DNA from: a virus
Lineage: Duplodnaviria > Caudoviricetes
IMG/VR virus record: IMGVR_UViG_3300010163_000010
Location: 32,001 to 96,000 of that record
DNA length: 64,000 bases
Reading direction: 5' to 3' (one strand)
Part shown: piece after piece, positions 58,700 to 64,000 of the stretch
Layout of the letters: each line of letters opens with the position of its first letter
How positions within the stretch are numbered: position 1 is the stretch's first letter
Program-made: the position numbers and the translations under genes
Notes under the pieces: model-generated
The model's database searches: none
The model's input: the letters and a program-made list of their open reading frames with translations, nothing else
Told to the model about the DNA's origin: nothing

Positions 58700-59429
58700 G
58701 GATATCGAGAGCGACATCTATGCGCTCTTGGATGATATGGACCCATCTGGAAAGAATACTGACCGTATGCGGTCCTTCTTCAAGACCATGGATGACAAGA
58801 CGTTCTATAAGCACATGGATGAGTTCTTTGATAATCCGGATAAGAATTTCCCTGTGGCCTATGATGCCTACAATAATCCGGTGAACATGGACTTTGCCCA
58901 TAAGGTCGCCAAGAAACACAACGTTCCCATCTACGAGCGTATTTACCGGCCGTATCTGACCGGTGATACCGAAGATCCCCCTGGAACTGTGAATGAGATA
59001 ATGGTTCTCGATGTTCCGGTCAAACGGCTGAAGCAGACCATGTTCAATAAGAACCATGCGTCTACGACTGCTCGTAAGCGTGATCCTAAGACTGGTCAGA
59101 TGTCCGGTGAGGATCGTACAGCCAGGGTTACGGACGTTGAGACATTTTCGCTCATCGTTCAAGGTCAGTATAATGCGGCGCAGGAATTCTATGGGCCGAT
59201 GGCAGATGACATGGCAGCACATTATGAGATGCTGCGGCGAATCCAGAGAGATGGCGAAGTTGAATTGCGCGATCTCCCCAATGACCCGCTCGATAAGGTC
59301 ACGCTGAACACGATTAACGTGTACATGATAGGCGCATGTCTTCAATCTAATCTCATTGATGAGTCCGGATATATTCTCCCAGTTACTTTGAAAGGCCGCG
59401 AAGATAAATTGTCTACAATTAAACGATAG
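58686..59429 (+). CDS. rpoB: Phage RNA polymerase beta subunit, C-terminal piece
   Basis: KRLKQTMFNKNHAS..RDPKTGQ..ARVTDVETFSL..AAQEF.GPMADD (cf. KL.H.V.DK.HAR..TQQP..QRFGEMEVWAL..LQE.L..KSDD). Confidence 0.82.
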   Translation: MGLRKDIESDIYALLDDMDPSGKNTDRMRSFFKTMDDKTFYKHMDEFFDNPDKNFPVAYDAYNNPVNMDFAHKVAKKHNVPIYERIYRPYLTGDTEDPPGTVNEIMVLDVPVKRLKQTMFNKNHASTTARKRDPKTGQMSGEDRTARVTDVETFSLIVQGQYNAAQEFYGPMADDMAAHYEMLRRIQRDGEVELRDLPNDPLDKVTLNTINVYMIGACLQSNLIDESGYILPVTLKGREDKLSTIKR

Positions 59430-59443
59430 GAAGGAGTACTGTC

Positions 59444-59611
59444 ATGCATTCCGAGAAAACTCCCGAGCAGCTTCGTGAAGAGCTGATGAAGCTCGTTGAG
59501 AATAATGCGAACCTCGCAGATGGCAAAGCGTGCTTTTTCAACGAGATTGCTACTCCCGGTATTCAGCGTCCGGTTAAGCCCAAAGACGTCGGTGTGAAGC
59601 CGGCGCGGTAA
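59444..59611 (+). CDS. Small hypothetical protein (55 aa)
   Basis: Manual translation MHSEKTPEQLREELMKLV...KPAR*; GGAAGGAG RBS. Confidence 0.65.
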   Translation: MHSEKTPEQLREELMKLVENNANLADGKACFFNEIATPGIQRPVKPKDVGVKPAR

Positions 59612-59618
59612 AAGAGAT

Positions 59619-59647
59619 GCCCAGGGTGTCATTCAAACACCCTGGGC
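59619..59647 (+). terminator. Hairpin, probable terminator
   Basis: GCCCAGGGTGT/ACACCCTGGGC stem; weak T tail. Confidence 0.55.
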
Positions 59648-59678
59648 TATTGCCGCAACTATAGAAATGTGTTTCGGG

Positions 59679-59689
59679 TACATACTATA
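59679..59689 (+). promoter_or_regulatory. Putative early promoter motif
   Basis: TACATACTATA. Confidence 0.6.
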
Positions 59690-59720
59690 GTTAGGCAATA
59701 AAAGAAAGGAGTAGATCAAC

Positions 59721-60572
59721 GTGTTAACTAAACCTACTAAAGACCACCGGTACCGGGTGGGTTTTGATTCGGTACACTACGTACGGCTCTTTATCATCGC
59801 CTGTTTGCTTGCGGCTATTGTCGGAGCTGTGTCGATGGCGTTCTTTCTTTTGAGGGTTTACGATAAGAGCATGCAGCTCCTGGAGACCGAGAAAACTAAT
59901 CTTCAGGAGGACATTGTCACTCTGGGGTACACGCACCAGGAGACCTTGGAGGAGACTATCTCGAAGTATGAGAATTACATCAGTGCGCTTAATGAACAAC
60001 ACGAGAAAGAGTTGTCTGCTCGTGATGCAAAGATTGAAGAGCTGTCAGGTTCTCTTGAGGAACTCAATGCTTTGTTTGAATCGATCGATGATGATCTGAG
60101 TTTCACCGTTCTAAAGCGCTACTGGTATGTCTTTAAGGACGCAGAAAATGGTTCAGGAATTACACCTGAGCTGGTAGCCTTCGTTGATTCGAAGTGCAAA
60201 GACTGGAATGTTAATCCGCATTGGATGTGGGCCATTTGGTGGTCTGAGTCGAACTGGAAAATCGATGTGGATAACGATAAATCTTCTGCCCGCGGATTAG
60301 GGCAGCTTCTTTCTGGAACCGGGAAGTATCTCTATGAGAATACTCTCGGTCATGGATCTGGAACATACAATCATCGTATGGCCTATGATCCGTTTATCAA
60401 TGCTGAGTTAACCATTGCGCATATCGGCAATGACTTAGCTAAAGGCAGCATGACCGCTGCCGTTCAACACTACTCTGGCGGCGGGGGTTCAACGTACTAT
60501 AATAAGGCAGTAAAAAATGCCGCCAGGTATGGTATCAAGCTGTCAGACAGCAATGCAACGTACCCGTATTAG
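59721..60572 (+). CDS. Membrane-anchored lytic transglycosylase (SLT domain)
   Basis: N-terminal TM helix, coiled coil, then AIWWSESNW, SSARGLGQL, DPFINA, HYSGG. Confidence 0.85.
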   Translation: MLTKPTKDHRYRVGFDSVHYVRLFIIACLLAAIVGAVSMAFFLLRVYDKSMQLLETEKTNLQEDIVTLGYTHQETLEETISKYENYISALNEQHEKELSARDAKIEELSGSLEELNALFESIDDDLSFTVLKRYWYVFKDAENGSGITPELVAFVDSKCKDWNVNPHWMWAIWWSESNWKIDVDNDKSSARGLGQLLSGTGKYLYENTLGHGSGTYNHRMAYDPFINAELTIAHIGNDLAKGSMTAAVQHYSGGGGSTYYNKAVKNAARYGIKLSDSNATYPY

Positions 60573-60627
60573 GTATCGTCCGTGTAACCACGGTTGATAT
60601 ACATTTACTTTACAGGAGGAATGACCT

Positions 60628-61836
60628 ATGACCGAAGAAGAGATCTCCACCCTCATCCCTAAGACGACAACCCCCAGAGGCATCATCACCACCACCGACG
60701 AGGTCAAAGCTGCCACTACACGTAAGCTGCTGTTCGTCGGCACTGGCGACGGCGGCTGCAATATCGCCTCTGACATCGGTGGTGCGTTGGCTCAGAGCGG
60801 AGCGCGCGTGATCGCCTACAATACCTGCACTCGGGCGATGAACGATGTGTCCGCCCATCTGAAGATCTTCCCCGATGGCGAGGACGGCTCTGGTAAGGCG
60901 AGGAGTTACTCCAAGGATATCTTCAAGAACGGTGTCTACAAGGATATCATTAAAGGTATCCGCACGCTGTCTACGCGGGACGGCCCGTTCGAGTATATCG
61001 TGGTCTGCAGCACTGCCGATGGCGGCACCGGATCTGGTATTTCTCCGGTATGTGCCAAGCTGATCAAGGATAATGTCGACGTGCCGGTCATGATCCTCGG
61101 TGTCTATCCGGCTACGTGGGAGGATGCCATTGCGCAGTTCAATGCGCTGCAGTGGCAGGCTGAGGTAGAGAAGACCGGTCTTCCCTATTTCGTTCTCGAT
61201 AACGATCAGCCTGAGACCAGCAAGAAGATTATTCACAAACAGATCAACAGCTACGCGGCCAGAATGATGTCGCTGTTAGCCGGTCAGGAGTTCGGGAATA
61301 CCGGAATCAGCATGATCGATGACCGCAACCTGTTTTCGCTGCTGGCTCCCAGATCTGGTCAGAATCACCGGGCTCTTATCGCGATTTCCGCCGAGCGCCT
61401 GCGCAACGACCAGTCGCTGGATGACTATGTCGAGAAGATGCTGCGCAGCTGCAACCAGCCAATGCCTTCCAGTATCGGCGGGATCGGCATATTCGTTCGC
61501 GGCCCGCATGACCTGATCGAGCGGATCGATACCAGTCTGCAGGGTTTCCAGGATAAGTACGGCCGGGCCATCCTGCACTTCGCCCACATCGAGGAAGGCG
61601 ACGATATCAAAGTCGCGATTCTCCTGACCGATTGCGACGAGCCCAGCCAGCGGCTGCTCGAGATGAAGAATCGCTATGATGATGTGATGGTATGCCGGTC
61701 GTCCGCCAAGTCGATTCTCGACGACTTCGATTTGGATATGGATGACGATCCGATGGATATGGGCATGAGCATTGTTCAGCGGCCCACGGATATCGCGGAC
61801 AAGAACATCGACATCTCTGCACTGGATCTTCTGTAA
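60628..61836 (+). CDS. phuZ: PhuZ/TubZ-like tubulin
   Basis: FVGTGDGGCNIA, DGSGK.R, tubulin signature ADGGTGSG, LDND, IDD.N; acidic tail. Confidence 0.88.
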   Translation: MTEEEISTLIPKTTTPRGIITTTDEVKAATTRKLLFVGTGDGGCNIASDIGGALAQSGARVIAYNTCTRAMNDVSAHLKIFPDGEDGSGKARSYSKDIFKNGVYKDIIKGIRTLSTRDGPFEYIVVCSTADGGTGSGISPVCAKLIKDNVDVPVMILGVYPATWEDAIAQFNALQWQAEVEKTGLPYFVLDNDQPETSKKIIHKQINSYAARMMSLLAGQEFGNTGISMIDDRNLFSLLAPRSGQNHRALIAISAERLRNDQSLDDYVEKMLRSCNQPMPSSIGGIGIFVRGPHDLIERIDTSLQGFQDKYGRAILHFAHIEEGDDIKVAILLTDCDEPSQRLLEMKNRYDDVMVCRSSAKSILDDFDLDMDDDPMDMGMSIVQRPTDIADKNIDISALDLL

Positions 61837-61850
61837 GATTTAGCACACCG

Positions 61851-61879
61851 GCGGGTGGGGAATCTTCCCCACCCGTCTT
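61851..61879 (+). terminator. Hairpin after the tubulin gene
   Basis: GCGGGTGGGGAA/TTCCCCACCCGT stem. Confidence 0.6.
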
Positions 61880-61886
61880 ACAGGAG

Positions 61887-62144
61887 GTGATATTGGTGGA
61901 TAGCGACAAAACGTACTACGATCAGAGTGATATGCTCGAGTTCTTTTACGACGCATTGGCTCACGGTCGTAAAGATGACGCCGCTACGATTCTGAAGGTG
62001 ATGGCCAGCAGCTGCCCGTTGTATAAGGCCGGCGTCTGCCTGGAATCGTTCTTCTGCCCCGATTGCAAGTTCTACCTCAATAATGGGGTGATCATTCCGA
62101 TGCGGCGTGACTCTGCTGAAAAGACCATTCAGGTACACGACTAA
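61887..62144 (+). CDS. Small Cys-rich protein
   Basis: CP...C....CPDC; AGGAGGTG RBS. Confidence 0.7.
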   Translation: MILVDSDKTYYDQSDMLEFFYDALAHGRKDDAATILKVMASSCPLYKAGVCLESFFCPDCKFYLNNGVIIPMRRDSAEKTIQVHD

Positions 62145-62157
62145 GGAGGTTTTATCA

Positions 62158-63336
62158 ATGGCTGTTAAGAAGAAGACGACGAAGAGTAAGAAGTCGGCCC
62201 CGACCCCGACCGCGCGGTCGATTGTCAGTGGCATCAACAAGAGCATCATCGCTGGGCTGAAGACCGCTCATTTGCCGGCGTTCAGCGAGCTCTCGATTCA
62301 GCCGAATCAGCTCAGCTTGGCGTTCAAGGGCGAGCGGTATCTGGAGGCCGTTCTCGGCGATACCAATCACCGGTTCTATGAGCATCTGGTCTTCTCGTCC
62401 ATCTACGACGTTGCGGTGAACATGGTTCAGCAGAAGATTGCCGCGCCCAACGTTCAGATGCCTGGTGTGTGGACTCATATCATGGTGAACTCTCTTGCGT
62501 CTCGACTTCTCGAGGATGTGACCTATACAACCGCAGATGGTAACGAGGCCAAAGCTCTCTTTGTTGTTAAGGCCGAGGTTACCGCTCCGGTCATAACCTC
62601 GGAAAATGTCCTTACGGAGTCCGAGCTCTACAGCTTCCCGCCCAATCTTCGTATGGCGTATGTCGACTATACTCCCAAAGTGTTTGTCGACTTGCTGGAT
62701 GGGTTAGTTGCAGAGATGCTTTCGCAAATGGAGTTCTTTGCTCTGTCGAATTACACGCCGCATACGATCCTTCCGGATAACGATACCATTCCGTCTCTTC
62801 GTGGTTATCCGGGGTATCTCAAGGCATATATGGGAGACGATGTGAGCAACTGGTACAACGGAATCAAAGATATTATTATGCATGGGGAGATCTCCTTCGA
62901 AGATCAGCTCCGGGAGTTCACTGATACTATCATCGTTGATTTCGTGAACGCTATTATCATGGGGATTATGTACGGCGGTGTGTCTAAAGAGACTACGTTG
63001 AAGCTGCGGAAAATTAAGATTTCCCCCAGAGTGGATGAGATGTATATTGACATTCTGGATCCGAAACTCACGATGCCGTGTTTGATCACGTACGACGTTG
63101 GCGATGGTAGCGATCCGTTGTTTACCGTTTTCAACATTATTCCCAAGTATTTGATCGAGTTGTTTACAGAGGATAAGCCGACACAGACAGCAAAGCGGTT
63201 TGTGAATAAGCAGATCAATGATGCGCAGACCGCATTGACCCGGTTGTGTTTTGATATCGTTACAGCCGAGATGCTTGGGCGGGCTTGTCAGTTTATCGAC
63301 GACCCGGAAGCCGTCGAGTCTGACGACGCAAATTGA
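62158..63336 (+). CDS. Hypothetical protein
   Basis: ATG 62158 after AAGGAGG; basic N-terminal tail. Confidence 0.85.
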   Translation: MAVKKKTTKSKKSAPTPTARSIVSGINKSIIAGLKTAHLPAFSELSIQPNQLSLAFKGERYLEAVLGDTNHRFYEHLVFSSIYDVAVNMVQQKIAAPNVQMPGVWTHIMVNSLASRLLEDVTYTTADGNEAKALFVVKAEVTAPVITSENVLTESELYSFPPNLRMAYVDYTPKVFVDLLDGLVAEMLSQMEFFALSNYTPHTILPDNDTIPSLRGYPGYLKAYMGDDVSNWYNGIKDIIMHGEISFEDQLREFTDTIIVDFVNAIIMGIMYGGVSKETTLKLRKIKISPRVDEMYIDILDPKLTMPCLITYDVGDGSDPLFTVFNIIPKYLIELFTEDKPTQTAKRFVNKQINDAQTALTRLCFDIVTAEMLGRACQFIDDPEAVESDDAN

Positions 63337-63338
63337 TC

Positions 63339-63388
63339 TATATACTATAAGTGTGACCATGAGGATGTGTTCTTGTGGTCACACTTAT
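63339..63388 (+). promoter_or_regulatory. Putative early promoter plus 5' hairpin
   Basis: TATATACTATAagtgTGA overlapping stem ATAAGTGTGACCA/TGGTCACACTTAT. Confidence 0.7.
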
Positions 63389-63412
63389 TGATAAAGGAAG
63401 GTGAGTAAACTC

Positions 63413-64000
63413 ATGAGCAAGAATCGGAACAATAATAACAAGTTCACGAACCGCGCGTCTAAGCGGTTCAACGACATGCCCAAGATCGAGGTCATGCCGC
63501 AGTCGGAAATCTTCGATATCCTCAATTCCGACATGAAGACGATCATCGATCAGGTGACCGCCTATCGGGATCACAGGGTTGGCGCCGTGTTCCCGTCCTA
63601 TGTCTCGAACGGCTTCGCGAACCTCTCCACGACTCTGTACTTCTATGAGTACGTGAAGGATCACGTCAAGCCCAAGAAGCGCGGCATCAAGACGGATCTC
63701 GAAGAGGCCGATCTCGAGTCCTTGCGGATGATCTTGGCCGATGCGCACAAGAAGAGCGCTTCCGGGGTCTACCAGATCGAGAAGGAGTATACCGAGCGCA
63801 ACGAGTTGCTCGGCAAGGCCTTCAAGAGGCTGTGCCCCGAGATCTACAGGCTTACTGGAAAGTTTGAGACGTTGTCGAAGTCTCAGCGACGGGAGCTTAC
63901 GATTCTGTTCTGGGGTGATCCGGTGTACAACTTCCGGTTTATCCACAAGCACATTAATCGGAGTACTGTGTCCGACAAGAAGAAGCTGAAGATCTTGAAA
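63413..64000 (+). CDS. Hypothetical protein, truncated by window edge
   Basis: Open from ATG 63413 (MSKNRNNNNKFTNRASKR...) to the window end; AAAGGAAGGTG RBS; codon-biased. Confidence 0.8.
   Translation, partial: MSKNRNNNNKFTNRASKRFNDMPKIEVMPQSEIFDILNSDMKTIIDQVTAYRDHRVGAVFPSYVSNGFANLSTTLYFYEYVKDHVKPKKRGIKTDLEEADLESLRMILADAHKKSASGVYQIEKEYTERNELLGKAFKRLCPEIYRLTGKFETLSKSQRRELTILFWGDPVYNFRFIHKHINRSTVSDKKKLKILK

Noticed and set aside
1-64000. Complete classical DGR
   Set aside because: No reverse transcriptase and no AAC-rich template repeat in this window; the cassettes differ in length and do not align as A-only variants.
1-64000. Alternative genetic code or stop-codon reassignment
   Set aside because: Known genes are full length under the standard code, and TAA, TAG and TGA all terminate genes.

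Overview
A 64-kb segment of a jumbo myophage genome of the phiKZ/AR9(PBS1)-like type. The strong AGGAGG/GAAAGG ribosome-binding sites and the holin type suggest a Bacillota host (inference). Transcription and infection-organising genes: three pieces of a split multisubunit RNA polymerase (large beta, beta C-terminal, beta' bridge-helix/trigger-loop piece) and a PhuZ-like tubulin. Replication and nucleotide genes: GyrB/GyrA-like topoisomerase subunits, DnaB and Dda/RecD-like helicases, SbcD, RNase H, a PD-(D/E)XK nuclease, a polymerase-B-like palm fragment, ThyA, DHFR and a dCMP deaminase carrying a mini-intein. Other identifiable products: a kinase-like protein, a MazF/PemK-domain protein, a membrane-anchored lytic transglycosylase, holins, and virion genes (PAAR, spike, baseplate, tail fibres). 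Two phage promoter motifs recur upstream of genes: TAYATAYTATA-N4-TGA (11 copies) and RACA-N6-TA (10 copies). The most striking unexplained signal is five dispersed 105-132 bp cassettes bounded by invariant CGCCGGCG and GTGGGTTCC motifs. Their interiors are unrelated, yet all are multiples of 3 and stop-free in the same frame ([PS]PA...[GSC]GF), which suggests a protein-diversification system. A second signal is a short peptide motif, DxDG[FY]YxLxP, shared by the termini of several unrelated proteins. No CRISPR array, complete tRNA or reverse transcriptase was seen. All calls come from motif recognition by eye; no database searches were run.
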